Below, one piece after another: positions 36,763 to 49,936 of a stretch of 64,000 nucleotides of DNA. The position numbers and the translations under genes are program-made. The DNA comes from Centroscyllium fabricii (lineage: Eukaryota): the NCBI GenBank assembly GCA_051313645.2, contig JBNRSN020000029.1, positions 31,620,001 through 31,684,000 of the forward strand. The letters run 5' to 3'. Within the stretch, counting starts at the first letter, position 1. The number at the start of each line of letters is the position of its first letter. Below the pieces are notes generated by a model, which was given only the letters and a program-made list of their open reading frames with translations, had not been told where the DNA came from and made no database searches.

Positions 36763-38205
36763 GTTCAAAAATGGTGGTAGAGAGAAAACGGGGAATTACA
36801 GACTGGTAAGCCTGACATCAGTAATGGGGAAAATGCTAGAGTCCATTATAAAATATGTAATAGCAGAACACTTGGAAAATAGTGACTGGATCGGACAAAG
36901 TCAACATGGATTTACAAAAGGTAAATCATGCTTCACTAATCTACTGGAATTGTTTGAGGATGTAACTGGTAAAATACATAAAGGAGAACCAGTGGATGTG
37001 GTGTACTTGGACTGTCAAAAGGCTTTCGATAAGGCCCCGCATAGGAGACTAGCGTGTAAAATTAAGGCACATGGGATTGGGGGCAAGGTATTGACTTGGA
37101 TAGAGAATTGGTTGGCAGACAGAAAGCAAAGCGCTCGAATAAATGGGTGTTTTTCTGAGTGGCAGGCAGTGACTAGTGGGGTACCGCAGGGATCAGTCCT
37201 TGGACCCCAGTTATTCACATTATATATCAATGATCTGGAAGAGGGAACTAGATGTAATATCTCCAAGTTTGCAGATGACACAAAGCTGGGTGGACATGTG
37301 TGCTGTGAGGAGCATGCAGAGAAACTCCAGTATGATTTGGACAGGTTGGGTGATTGGGCAGAAGCCTGGCTGATGCAATATAATGTGGATAAATGCGAGG
37401 TTATTCACTTTGGTGTCAAAAACAAGAAGTCAGATTATTATCTGAATGCCAATAGATTGTGCATAGGGGAAGTGCAACGAGACTTGGGTGTTCTTGTGCA
37501 CCAGTCACTGAAGGTAAGCATGCAGGTGCAGCAGGCGGTTTAGAAGGCAAATGGTATGTCAGCCTTTGTAGGGAGAGGGTTCGAGTACAGGAACAAGGAT
37601 GTCTTGCTGCAGTTGTACAGGGCCTTGGTGAGACCACACTTTGAGTACTGTGTGCAGTTTTGGTCGCCTTATCTAAGGAAGGATGTTCTTGCCATGGAGG
37701 GAGTTCCACGAAGATTCACCAGGCTGATACCTGGTCCGGCAGGAATGACGTATGAGGAGAGATTGGGTCGATTGGGCTTATACTCGCTGGAGTTTAGAAG
37801 AATGAGAGGGGATCTCATCGAAACTTATAAAATTCTAACAGGACTGGACAGACTGGATGCAGCAAGGATGTTCCCGATGGTGGCAGTGTCCAGGACCAGG
37901 GGTCACAATCTAAGGATAAGGGGTGAGCCATTTAGGACAGAGATAAGGAGGACTTTCTTCACCCAGAGAGTGGTGAACCTGTGGAAATCTCTACCACGTA
38001 AGGCAGTAGAGGCCAATGCATTAACTACATTCAAGAAGGAGTTGGATATACTTCTTAAGGCTAAAGGGATCAAGGGATGTGGAGAGAAAGCAGGGACAGG
38101 GTACTGAATTTGGCTGACCATCCATGATCGCATTGAATGGCGGAGCAGGCTTGAGGGTCCAAATGGCCTACTCCTGCTCCTATCGTCTGTTTCAATGTTT
38201 CTATG
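36763..38205 (+). mobile_element. 5'-truncated CR1 LINE in the satellite
   Basis: FKNGGREKTGNYRLVSLTS...QHGFTKGKSC...FADDTK to the ORF2 end with one internal stop, and a tail at 38205. Confidence 0.93.
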
Positions 38206-41200
38206 AGGCAGTGTGGTGCCAGTCAGTGCAGTACCCAGTCAGTGCGGTGCCCAGCCAGTGTGATGCCCAGTGAATGTGGTGCACGGTCAGTGTGGTTCCC
38301 AGTCAGTGTGGTGCCAGTCAGTGCAGTGCCCGGTCAGTGTGATGCCAGTCAGTGTGGTGCCAGTTAGTGCAGTGCCTGGTCAGTGTTGTGCCAGTCAATG
38401 TGGTGCCAACTCAGTGTGGGGCCTGGCTGTTGTGGTGCCTGGTCAGTGTGGTGTCCGGTCAGTGCATTACCCGGTCAGTGCAGTGCCCGGTCAGCATGGT
38501 GCCAGTCAGTGTGGTCCCCAGCCAGTGCAGTGCCTGCTCAGTGTGGTGCCCAGTTAGTGCAGTGCCAGTCAATGTAGTGCCCAGTCAGTGTGGTGCCCAG
38601 TCAGTGTGGTGCCCAGTCAGTGCAGTGCCAGTCAGTGTGGAGCCCAGTCAGTGCAGTGCCTGCTCAGTGCAGTGCCAGTCAGTGCAGTGCCAGTCAGTGT
38701 GGTGCCCAGACAGTGCGGTGCCCGGTCAGTGAGCTGCCAGTCAGTGTGGTGCCCAGACAGTGCGGTGCCCAGTCAGTGTGGTTCCCAGTCAGTGCGGAGC
38801 ACAGTCAGTGTGGTGCCCTGTCAGTGTGGTGCCCGGTCAATGCAGTGATTGGCTATTGTTGTGCCAGCCAGTGTTGTACCAAGTCAGTGTGGTGCCCTGT
38901 CAGTGCGGTCACCAGTCAGTGTGGTGCCCTGTCAGTGTGGTGTCTGGTCAGTATGGAGCCCAGTCAGTGAGGTGCCAGTCAGTGTGGTACCAGTAAGTGT
39001 GGTGCCCGGTCAGTGTGGCACCCAGTCATTGCGCTGCCCAGTCAGTGAGGTTCCAGTCAGTGAGGTTCCAGTCATGTGCTGCCCAGTCAATGCAGTGCCA
39101 GTCAGTGCGGTGCCTGGCCAGTTTGGTACCAGTCAGTGTGGTGCCCAGTCGGTGCAGTGACCGGTCAGTGTGGTGCCCAGTCGGTGTGATACTCAGTAAG
39201 TGTGCTGCCTAGTCTGTGTGGTACCCGGTCAGTGTGGTACCTGGTTAGTGTTGTGCCCAGTCATTGTGGTGCCAGTCAGTGTGGTGCCTGTTCAGTGTGG
39301 TGCCCGGTCAGTGCAGTGATTGGTCAATGTGGTGCCTGTCAGTACAGTGACCAGTCAGTGTGATGCCTGGTCAGAGTGGTACTCAGTCAGTGTGGTGCCC
39401 AGTAAGTGTGCTGCCTAGTCTGTGTGGTACCCGGTCAGTGTGGTACCTGCTTAGTGTTGTGCCCAGTCATTGTGGTGCCAGTCAGTGTGGTGCCTGTTCA
39501 GTGTGGTGCCCGGTTAGTGCAGTGATTGGTCAATGTGGTGCCTGTCAGTACAGTGACCGATCAGTGTGATGCCCCATCTGAGTGGTGCCCAATCAGTGTG
39601 GTGCCCAGTCTGTCTGGTGCCCGGTCAGTGTGATACCCTGTCAGGGATGTGCCCGGTCATTGTGGTGTCAGTCAGTGCAGTACCCTGTTGGTGCAGAGCC
39701 CTGTCAGTGTGGTGCCCTGTCGGTAAGGTGCCTAGTCAGAGTGGTGCCCTGTCAGTGAGCTTCCCAGTCAGAGTGGTGCCAGTCAGTGCATTCCCCAGTC
39801 AGTGCAGTGCCCACTCAGTGCAGAGCCCAGTCAATGTGGTGCCCTTTCGGTAAGGTGCCAGTCAGTGTGGTGCCCAGGCAGTGTGCAGCCCAGTCAGTGT
39901 GGTGCCCAGTGTTGTGCCCAGGCAGTGTGCAGCCCAGTCAGTGTGGTGCCCTGTCGGTAAGGTGCCCAGTCAGTGTGGTGCCCAGTCAGTGTGGTGTCCA
40001 GTCACTGCAGAGCCCAGTCAGTGTGGTGCCCAGTCATTCTGGTGCCCGGTTAGTGCTGTGCCCGGTCAGTGCAGAGACCGGTCAATGTGGTGCCCAGTCT
40101 GTGGTGGTGCCCGGTCAGTGTTGTGCCAGTCATTGTGGTGCCAATCAGTGTGGTGCCATCAGTGTTGTGCCAGTCAGTGTGGTGCCCTGTCAGTGTGGTT
40201 CCGACTCAGTGTGGAGCCCAGTCAGTGTGGTGCCCGGTCAATGCAGTGATTGGTTATTGTGGTGTTAGCCAGTGTTTTACCCAGTCAGTGTGGTGCCCAG
40301 TCAGGGTGGTGCCCAGTCAGGGTGGTGCCCAGTCAGGGTGGTGCCCAGTCAGGGTGGTGCCCAGACAGTGCGGTGCCCAGACAGTGTGGTGCCCAGGCGC
40401 TGTGGGTCCAGGTGGTGCAGTGCCCAGTCAGTGCGGTGCCCAGGCAGTGTGGTGCCCTGTCAGTGTGGTGCCTGGGTGTTCTGGTACCTGGGTGTTGTGG
40501 TGCCCAGGTGGTGTGTTGGCCTGTTTGTGTGGTGCCCAGTCAGTGTGGTGCTGGGTCAGTGCAGTGCCCAGTCTGTGCGGTGCTTGGCGATGTGGTACTC
40601 GGTCAGTGCAGTGCCAGGTAATGCAGCGCCAGGTCAGTGCTGTGGAAGGTGGTCCTGTGCCCAGTCCGTACCCGATCAGTGTTCTGCCAGGCCGTGCAGT
40701 ACATGGTCAGTACAGTGCCCAAGTGATGGGTTGTCAGGCATTGCAGTGCCAGTTTGAGTGGTGCCTGGTCAGTGTAGCACCCGGTCAGTACAGTGCTTTG
40801 TGTTGTGGTGCCCAGCCAGTGCGGTGCCAGGTGATGCCATGCCAGATGGTGCAGTGCCTGGTCATTTTAATGCCCAGTCAGTGTGGTGCCCGGTCAGTGC
40901 AATGCCCGGACAGTGCAATGCAAGGTAGTGCCTGGTCAATACCTGGTCAGTGGTGCAGTGACTGGCCAGTGCGGCACCCATGCGGTGAGCTGCCAGGTGG
41001 TGCGGTACCTGGACAGTACCCAGGCATTGTTGTGCTCAGTCTGTGTGGTGAATGGTCAGTGTGGTGCCCGGTCAGTGATCAGGTGGTGCCCACGCAATGC
41101 TGTGCCTGGTTTGTGTCCAGGTTATGCAGTGCCCAGGTGGTGTGGTGCCCAGTCAGTGCCCAGTCTATGCCCAAGCTGTGCGGAGCCCAGGCAGTGCATT

Positions 41201-42694
41201 GCGTGGTCTGCACGGTGACCGGTTGGTGCAGTGCCCATGCATTGTGGTACACTGTTGTGCAGTGCCCGGTAAATGCAGGGCCTGGTCTGTACCCAGGCAG
41301 TGTGGTGCCTGGTCGGTGCGGTACCCATTCTGTACCCAGCTGGTACAGTGCCTGGTCAGTGGGGTGTCTGGTCTGTACCCAGTTGGCGCGGTGCCCAGGT
41401 GGTTTGGTGCCCAGGAGGTGTGCTGCTGTCACTGCAGTGCCCGGGGGGTGGTGCCCAGTCTGTACCCAGAAGGTGTGGTACTTAGTCAATGTGGTGCCCA
41501 GGTGGTGTGGTGCCCGGTCGGTGCCCTGTTGGTGCCAGGTGGTGTGGTGTCCTGTTGGTGTGGTGCCCAGTGGGTGCCCTTTTGGTGTCCGTGTGGTGCC
41601 TGGTCTGTGCCCAGGCAGTGTGGTGCCTGGTCTGTGCCCCGACAGTGCAGTGCCCAATCTGTACCCAGGTAGTGTGGTGCCCGCTCTGTGCCCAGTTGTT
41701 TCATTGCCCAGGTGGTGTGGTGCCCGGCCTGTACCCAGGTGGTGCAGTGCCCGGTCAGTGCCCAGGTGGTGCAGTGCCCAGGCTGTGCGGTGACCGGTCT
41801 GTACCCAGGTAGTGTGGTGCCTTGTCATTGCCCAAACAGTGCGGTGCCTGGTCAGTGTACAGGTTGGTGCGGTGCCCAGTCAGTGCCCAGGCAGTGCATC
41901 GCCCAGTGTGGTGTGATGCCCGGTTGGTGCGGTGCCCATGCAGTGCAGTGCCCGGTCAGAGTGGTGTTCTCTCTGTGCCTAGGTGGTGTGGAGCCCAGTC
42001 ATTGTGGTGCCCAATCAATACCCAGGTTGTGCGGTGCCCAGTCAATGCCCAGGCTCTGCTGCACCTGGTGCAGTGTGGTGCCCGGTCAGTGATGTGCCCG
42101 GCAAGTGCCCAGGTAGTGCAGTGCCCGGTGCAGTGTGGTGCCCTGTTGGTGCAGTGCCCAGTCAGTGCGGTGCCAAGTTGGTGCCCAGACTGTGAGGTGT
42201 GCAGTCGGTGTGGTGCCTGGTCGGTGGCCAGGTGGTGCAGTGCCATTTTGCTGCAGTGCCCTTCAGTGCCCAGGCAGTGTGGTGCCTGGTCGGTGCACAG
42301 ACGGTGTGGTGCCCAGTCGATGCAGTGCCCAATAGGTGCCAGGTGGAGTGGAGCCCAGTCGGTGCCCAAGTGGTGCAGTGCCCAGTGTGGTGCACTGTTG
42401 GTGCCCGGTCTATGCCCAGACAGTGCTGTGCCCAGCCAGTGTGGTGCCCGGTCGGTGCGCAGGTGGTGCAGTGTCCGTTCTGTATGGTGCCCTGTCTGTG
42501 CCCAAGCAGTGCGGTGCCCAGTCAGTGTACAGATTGGTGCGGTGCCCTGTTGGTGTGGTGCCCAGTTGGTGCGGTGTCCGGTCAGTACCCAGGCAGTGCA
42601 GTGACCGGTCAGTGCCCAGTGTGGTGTGGTGCCTGGTTTGTGTGGTGCCCGGTCAGTGTACAGATTCATGCGGTGCCCAGTGTGGTGTGGTGCC

Positions 42695-42910
42695 TGTGGT
42701 TATATTTAACAACTTCCGGGGGAAGGTTGAATGGTGAACTCTGTACATGTCACTTCCTGTGCCCAGATAGTATAAATACTGGAGCTGCTCAGTATGGAGG
42801 AATGCTTCACCTGGAAGTATGGTAAAACCCACCTTTGTAAATAGTGACAATATGGTGGATTAAAACTTTACTTTAGAGTTATTGATGTATAAGACTCGTT
42901 TATTACATCA
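42695..42910 (+). mobile_element. Solo LTR inserted in the satellite
   Basis: TGTGGTTATA...TATTACATCA, TSD GTGCC (42690-42694 and 42911-42915), TATAAATA at 42771 and ATTAAA at 42859. It is an AT-rich island within the GT-rich array. Confidence 0.85.
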
Positions 42911-44689
42911 GTGCCCAGTTGGTGCAGTGTCTGGTCAGTACCCAGGCAGTGCAGTGCCCGGTGCAGTGTGGTGCCCTGTTGATGCAGTGCCCAGTCAGTG
43001 CGGTGCCCAGTTGGTGCCCAGACTGTGAGGTGCCCAGTCGGTGTGGTGCCTGGTCGATGGCCAGGTGGTGCGGTGCCATTTTGGTGGAGTGCCCAGGCGG
43101 TGCGGTGCCTGGTCGGTTCCCAGATGGTGTGATGCCCAGTCGATGCGGTGCCCAGTAGGTGCCAGGCAGAGTGGAGCCCAGTCGGTGCCCAGGCGGTGCA
43201 GTGCCAGTGTGGTGCACTGGTCTATGCACAGACGGTGCTGTGCCCAGCCAATGTGGTGCCCGGTCAGTGCGCAGGTGGTGCAGTGTCCGTTCCGTGTGGT
43301 GCCCTGTCGGTGCCGGTCAGTGTACAGATTGGTGCGATGCCCAGTGTGGTGTGGTGCCCTGTTGGTGTGGTGCCCAGTTGGTGCAGTGCCCGGTCAGTAC
43401 CCAGGCAGTGCAGTGCCCGGTCAGTGCCCAGTGTGGTGTGGTGCCCAGTTGGTGTGGTGCCCAGTTGGTGTGGTGCCCGGTCAGTACCCAGGCAGTGCAG
43501 TGCCCGGTCAGCGCCCAGTGTGGTGTGGTGCCCGGTTGGTGCGGTGCCCATGCGGTGCAGTGCCCAGTCGGTGTGGTGCTCTGTCTGTGCCCAGGTGGTG
43601 AGGTGCCCAGTCAGTGCGGTGCCCGATCAGTGCTCAGGTGGTACGGTGCCCAGGCAGTGCTGCACCTGGTGTGGTGAGGTGCCCTGTTGGTTCAGTGCCC
43701 ATGCAGTGCAGTGCCCAGTCCGTGTGGTGCCTGGTCGGTGGCCAGGTGGTGCGGTGCCATTTTGGTGCAGTGCCCTTCGGTGCCCAGGCGGTGCAGTGCC
43801 TGGTCGGTGCCCAGACGGTGTGGTGCCCAGCCGATGCGGTGCCCAGTCGGTGCCAGGCAGAGCGGAGCCCCGTCAGTGCCCAGGCAGTGCAGTGCCCAGT
43901 GTGGTGCACTGTCGGTGCCCGGTCTGTGCCCAGGCAGTGCAGTGCCCAGCTAGTGTGGTGCCCGGTCTGTGCGCAGGTGGTGCTGTGTCCGTTCAGTGTG
44001 GTGACCTGTCGGTGCCCAAGTGGTGTGGTGCCCAGTTGGTGCGGTGCCTGGTTGGTGCCCAGGTGGTGTGCTGCCCGGTCAGTACCCAGGCAGTGTGGTG
44101 CCCGGTTGGTGCGGTGCCCGGTGAATGTCCGGTCGGTGTGGTGCCGGGTCGGTGCCCAGGTGGTGTGGTGCCTGGTCAGTGCGGTTCTTGGTCAGTGCCC
44201 AGGCAGTGCAGTGCCTGGTCGGAGCAGTGCCCGGTCGGTGCCCAGGCACTGTGGTACCTGTTTGGTGCCCAGGCAATGTGGTGCCCAGTCGGTATGGTGC
44301 CCAGTTGGTGCCAAGGTGGTGTGCTGCCCGTTCGGTACCCAGGCAATGTGGTGCCCGGTCGGTGTGGTGCCCGGCCAGTGTGGTGCCCGGTCAGTGCCCG
44401 GTTGGTGTGGTGCCCGGTCGGTGCCCAGGTGGTGTGATGCCCAATCAGTGCGGTGCCCAGTCAGTGTGGTGCCAGGTCGGTGCCCAGGAGGTGTGGTGCC
44501 TGGTCTGTGCGGTACCCGGTCAGTGCCGAAGTGTAGTGGTGCCCAGGCGGTGCGCTGCCTGGTCGGTGTGGTGCCTGGTCAGTGCCCAGTCGCAGTGTCC
44601 CATCTGTGCCCAGGCAATGCGGTGCCCGGTTGTTGCAGTGCCCAGTTGGTGCCCAGGCAGTGGGTTGCCCAGGCGGTGTGGTGTGAATT

Positions 44690-45815
44690 GGGTATTAACG
44701 ATATTAACGATTTGGAGGGGACCGAGTGTAACATATCAAAGTTTGCAGAGGATACAAAGATGGGAGGGAAAATAGTGAGGGAGGAGGACATAAAAAACCT
44801 GCAAGGGGACATAGACAGGCTAAGTGAGTGGGCAGAGATTTGGCAGATGGAATACAATACTGGAAAGTGTGAGGTTATGCACTTTGGAAGGAAAAAACAT
44901 AGAGCTAGTTATTATCTTAATGGCAAGATACTGGAAAGTACTGTAGTACAAAGGGATCTAGGGGTCCTGGTGCACAAAACTCAAAAGTTTAGTATGCAGG
45001 TGCAACAAGTGATTAAGAAGGCCAATGGAATGTTGGCTTTCATTGCTAGGGGGACAGAATATAAAAATAGGGAGGTATTGCTTCAGTTGTACAAGGTATT
45101 GGTGAGACCACACTTGGAATACTGTGTACAGTTTTGGTGTCCATACATAAGAAAGGACATACTCGCTCTGGAGTCAGTACAAAGAAGGTTCACTCAGTTA
45201 ATCCCAGGGATGAGGGGGTTGGACATATGAGGAGAGGTTGAGTAGATTGGGACTCTACTCATTGGAGTTCAGAAGAATGAGGGGAGATCTTATTGAAACA
45301 TATAAGATTGTGAAGGGGTTGGATCGAGTGGACGCGGGGAGGATGTTCCCAATGATAGGTGAAACTAGAACTAGGGGGCATAATCTTAGAATAAGGGGCT
45401 GCTCTTTCAAAACTGAGATGAGGAGAAACTACTTCACTCAGAGGGTAGTAGGTCCATGGAACATGCTGCCCAAAAAAGCTGCAGAAGCTACAACATTACA
45501 TAAATTTAAAACAGAAATAGACAGCTTCCTAGAAGTAAAAGGGATTATGGGTTACGGGGAGCGGGCAGGAATTTGGACATGAGTCTAGGTTCAGATCGGT
45601 CATGGCCCTGTGGGTAGTGGAGCGGGTCCAGGGACCGTGTAGCCTGATCCTGCTCCTATTTCATGTGTCTAATTCTGTTAGATTCAGGAGATGGTTCTGT
45701 GATAGTAGATTGGTGGTTAGGATCAGATCAGCCATGATCTTATTGAATGCCAGAGCAGGCTCGAGGGGTCGATTGGCCTACTCCTGCTCCTATTTCTTAT
45801 GTTCTTATGTTCTTG
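44690..45815 (+). mobile_element. 5'-truncated CR1 LINE plus a second CR1-type tail
   Basis: INDLEGTECNISKFAEDTK...RRMRGDLIE...; a second tail lies at 45715-45815. Confidence 0.9.
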
Positions 45816-48800
45816 TTCATTGTGGTGCCCAGTCATTGCCCAGGTAGTGTGGTGCCTGGTCGGTGCGGTGCCCGGTCAGTGCCCATGCGCTGTGGTGCCC
45901 GATCAGTGCGGTACTCAGTCGGTGCCCAGGCGGTGTGGTGCCCGGCTGATGCCCAGGCTGTGTCGTGCCCGGTCAGTGCTGAGCCCGGTCGGTGCCCAGT
46001 TGGTGTGGTACCCAGTCGGTGCCCAGATAGTGTGGAGCCCGGTCGGTGCATTGCTCGGCCAGTGCCCAGGTGGTGTGGTGGCCGGTTGGTGCCCAGGCAG
46101 TGCGGTGCCCGGTCGGTGTCCAGGCAGTGTGGTGCCTGGTCAGTGCCCGGTCAGTGCCCAGGCATTGTGGTGCCCGATCAGTGCGGTGCCCGGTCAGTGC
46201 CCAGCCAGTGCCGTGCCCAGTCAGTGCGGTGCCCAGGTGGTGTGGTGCCCAGGCGGTGTGGTTCCCTGTTGGTGCATTGCCCAGGCGCTTTGGTACCCTG
46301 TCGGTGTGCTGCCCGGCGATGTGTTGCCCAGGCTGCGTGGTGCCCTGTCGGTGTGTTGCCCAGGTTGTGTGGTGCCCTGTCAGTGTGTTGGCCAGGCAGT
46401 ACGGTGCCTGGTCTGTGTGGTGCCCTGTCGGTGTGGTGCCCGGTTGGTGCGGTGTCCGGTTGCTGTGGTGCTCGGTCAGTGCCCAGGTGGTGCGGTGCCC
46501 AATGTGGTGTGGTCCCTTTTTGTGCAGTCCCTGGTGTGGTGTGGTACCCTGTTGATCGGGTGGTGCCCGGTCAGTGCAGTGCCCGGTCAGTGCCCAGGTG
46601 GTGTCATGCCCGGTCAGTGCGGTGCCCAGGTGATGTGGTGCCCAGTCGGTGCCCAGGCGGTGTGGTGCCCGGTTGGTGCCCAGTCAGTGCCCAGGTGATG
46701 TGCTGTCCGGTTGGTACCCAGGTGGTGTGGTGCACGGTTGGTGCAGTGCTCGGTCAGTGTCCGGTCAGTGCAGTGCCTGGTCAGTGCCCAGGCAGTGCAG
46801 TGCCCCGTCGGAGCGGTGCCCGGTCGGTGTCCAGGCACTGTGGTGCCCGTTCAGTGCCCAAGCAATGTGGTGCCCAGTTGGTGTGGTGCCCAGTCGGTGC
46901 CAACGTGGTGTTCTGCCCAGTCAGTGCCCAGGCAGTGTGGTGCCCGGTTAGTGTGGTGCCCGGTCGGTGTCCAGGCGGTGTGGTGCCCGGTTGGTGCTTG
47001 CCTGGTCGGTGCCCAGTCGGTGTGGTGCCCAGTCAGTGAGTTGCCCGGGCTGTGCCCAGGTGGTGTGGTTCCCGGTCATTGCGGTGCCCAGTCGTTGCCC
47101 AGGCAGTGTAGTGCCCAATCAGTGCGGTGCTCTGTCGGTGCCCAGGTGGTGTGGTGCCTGATCGGTGCCCAGGCGGTGTGGTGCCCGGTCGGTGTGGTGC
47201 CCGGTCGATGCCCAGGCTGTGTCGTGCACGGTCAGAGGCCAGGCAGTGTGGTGCCCGGTCGGTGCCCAGGTGGTGTGGTGCCCGATCAGTGCATTGCCCG
47301 GTCGGTGCCCAGCGGTGCGGTGCCCGGTCAGTGCCCAGTCGGTGCCATGCCCAGTCATTGCCCGGTCGGTGCGGTGCCTGGTCGGTGCCCAGGCAGTGTG
47401 GTGCCCGGTCATTGCGGTGCCCAGGCAGTGTAGTGTCCGGTCGGTGCGGTGCCCAGGCAGTGTGGTGCCCAGTCAGTGCGGTGCTCTGTCGGTGCCCAGG
47501 CAGTGTGGTGCCTGGTCGGTGTGGTGCCCGGTCGATGCCCAGGCTGTGTGGTGCCTGGTCGGTGGTCAGGCAGTGTGCCTGGTCCGTGCGGTGTCCGGTC
47601 GCTGCTCAGGCTGTGTGGTGTCTGGGCTGTGCCCAGGCAATGTGGTACACGGTCGTTGCGGTGCCCAGTCATTGCTCAGGGAGTGTGGTGCTCGGTCGGT
47701 GCGATGCCCGGTCGGTGCCCAGGCGGTGTGGTGCCCGGTCGGTGAGGTGCCTAGTCGGTGTGGTACCCGGTCGGTGCGGTGCTCGGTCGGTGTTCAGGCA
47801 TTGTGGTGCCCGGTCGGTACAGTGCCCGGTCGGTGCCCAGGCGGTGTGGTGCCCGGTTGGTGCGGTGCCCGGTCAGTGGGCAGGCAGTGTGGTGCCCGGT
47901 CAGTGCCCAGGTGGTGTGGTGTCCAGGAAGTGTGGTGCCCAGACAGTGCAGTGCTCGGTGTGGTGCCCACTCGGTGCCCAGGCGGTGTGGTGCTTGGTCA
48001 GTGCCCAGGTGGTGTGGTGCCCGTTGGTGCCCAGGCAGTGTGGTATCTGGTCAGTGCCCGGTCAGTGCGGTGCCCAGTCAGTGTCGAGGCAGTGTGGTGG
48101 CTGGTCAGTGCCCAGTCAGTGCAGTGCCCGGTCGGTGCCCAGGCAGTGTGGTAACTTGTCGGTGCATTCCCCATTCGGTGCCCAGGTGATGTGGTGCCCG
48201 GTCAGTGTGGTGCCTGGTCAGTGCGGTGCCCAGTGGTGTGCCCAGTTGGTGCGGTGCCTGGTGTGCTGCCCGGCCAGTGTCCAGTCAGTGTGGTGCCTGG
48301 TCGGTGTGGTGCCCGGTCAGTGCCCGGTTGGTGTGGTGCCCGGTCAGTGTGATGCTTGGTCGGTGCCTGGTCGGTGTGGTGCTCGGTCATTGCCCAGTCG
48401 GTGTTGTGCCCGGTTGGTGCCAAAGCGGTGCAGTGCCCGGTCGGTGCAGTGCCCGGTCGGTGCGGTGCCTGGTCGGTGCAGTGCCTGGTGTGGTGTGGTG
48501 CCCAGTCAGTGCCCGGTCGGTGTGGTGCCTGGTGTGGTGTGGTGCCCGGTGTGGTGTGGTGCCCAGTCAGTGCCCAGTCGGTGCGGTGCCTGGTCGGTGC
48601 CCGGTTGGTGTGGTGCCCGGTCTGTGCCCGGTCGGTGCGGTGCTCGGTGTGGTGTCTGGTCAGTGCGGTGCCTGGTCGGTGTGGTGCCCAGGCGGCGCCT
48701 GGTCATTGTGGTGCCTGGTCGGTGTGTTGCCCGGTCGTTGCTGTGCCTGGTCGGGTTGGTTCCCAGGCGGTGCAGTGCACGGTGTGGTGCCCGGTCAGTG

Positions 48801-49539
48801 CACGGTCGGTGCGGTGCCCAGGCGGTGCCCAGTGTGGTGCCCGGTCGGTGCGGTGTCGGTGTGGTGACCGGTCAGTGCGGTGCCTGGTCATTGCCCGGTC
48901 AGTTCCCGGTCGGTGTGGTGCCCAGTGTGGTGCCCGGTCGGTGCGGTGCCCGGTCGGTGCGGTGCCCGGTGCAGTGCCCGGTGCAGTGCGAGGTCGGTGT
49001 AGTGGTTGGTGTGGTGCCCGGTGTGGTGCCCGGTCGGTGCAGTGCCTGGTAGGTGTGGTGCCCGGTCGGTGCGGTACCCGGTCAGTGCGGTGCCCGGTCG
49101 GTGTGGTTCCCGGTGTGGTGCCCGGTCGGTGCGGTGCCCGGTGTGGTGCCCAGTTGGTGCAGTGCCTGGTTGGTGTGGTGCCCGGTCAGTGCGGTGCCCG
49201 GTCAGTGCGGTGCCTGGTCGGTGTGGTGCCCGGTCGGTGTGGTGCCCGGTCAGTGCGGTGCCTGGTCGGTGTGGTGCCCAGTCGGTGCGGTGCCCTGTCT
49301 GTGAGGTGCCCGGTGTGGTGCCCGGTCAGTGCAGTGCCCGGTCGGTGCGGTGCCCGGTCGGTGTGGTGCCCGGTCAGTGCAGTGCCTGGTCGGTGTGGTG
49401 CCCGGTCAGTGCACGGTCGGTGCGGTGCCCAGGCGGTGTGGTGCCCGGTCAGTGCGGTGCCTGGTCAGTGTGGTGCACGGTCGGTGTGGTGCCCGGTCAG
49501 TGTGGTGCCCGGTCGGTGCAGTGCCCGGTCAGTGTGTTG

Positions 49540-49935
49540 CGGGGCTCTGCCGGCGGGGGCGCTCCCTCTCCCTCCCCTGAGCCGGGCTCTCTCTCTCTCT
49601 CTGGCCCCGCCCGCTTCACCCGCCGCCCGCCCGCCCCGCGCCGACACACTCAGCCGGAGCCGCCCGCCAGCTCGCGGTGAGTACCCAGCGCCGGGGCCTC
49701 GGGCCGGCCAGAGCCGAACCGAGGCCCCGAGAGCCCAGCTGAGTCCAGCCCCGGCCTCTGGCAGCCGCGTCCAGCCCCGGCCTCTGGCAGCCGCGGTGCC
49801 CGGGGCTGGGGCTCTGTGTCTGGGGCAAAGTCAGCAAACATCCAGCCGCCGGCACTCAGCGGCCCAGCCAAACCTCCGCACCCGCTGTCAGTGCAGCAAC
49901 CCGGGCCCAGCCCAGCGGGGAGGGGGTCAGATCCC
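49540..49935 (+). promoter_or_regulatory. ZBTB22: CpG island, promoter and putative non-coding exon 1 of ZBTB22
   Basis: Very GC/CpG-rich unique sequence with several GC-boxes (ccgccc, 49607-49636) and a strong donor gcg|gtgagt at 49677, which would splice to acceptor 54887. It contains a 26-bp tandem duplication at 49743-49794. Confidence 0.65.
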
Positions 49936-49936
49936 T

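Larger units (their letters stand above)
20230..49540. repeat. ~29-kb 15/16-bp satellite (CCAGTCAGTGTGGTG to CCCGGTCGGTGCGGTG) with TE insertions
   Basis: Continuous tandem monomers, strongly G/T-biased on the plus strand. The most homogeneous 15-mer core is at ~22800-26500, with higher-order duplications. Confidence 0.98.

Noticed and set aside
36107-37543. In-frame satellite peptide plus CR1 RT fusion ORF (also 43614-45230)
   Set aside because: Chance consequence of a truncated LINE landing in a stop-poor repeat. The RT parts contain stops or frameshifts.
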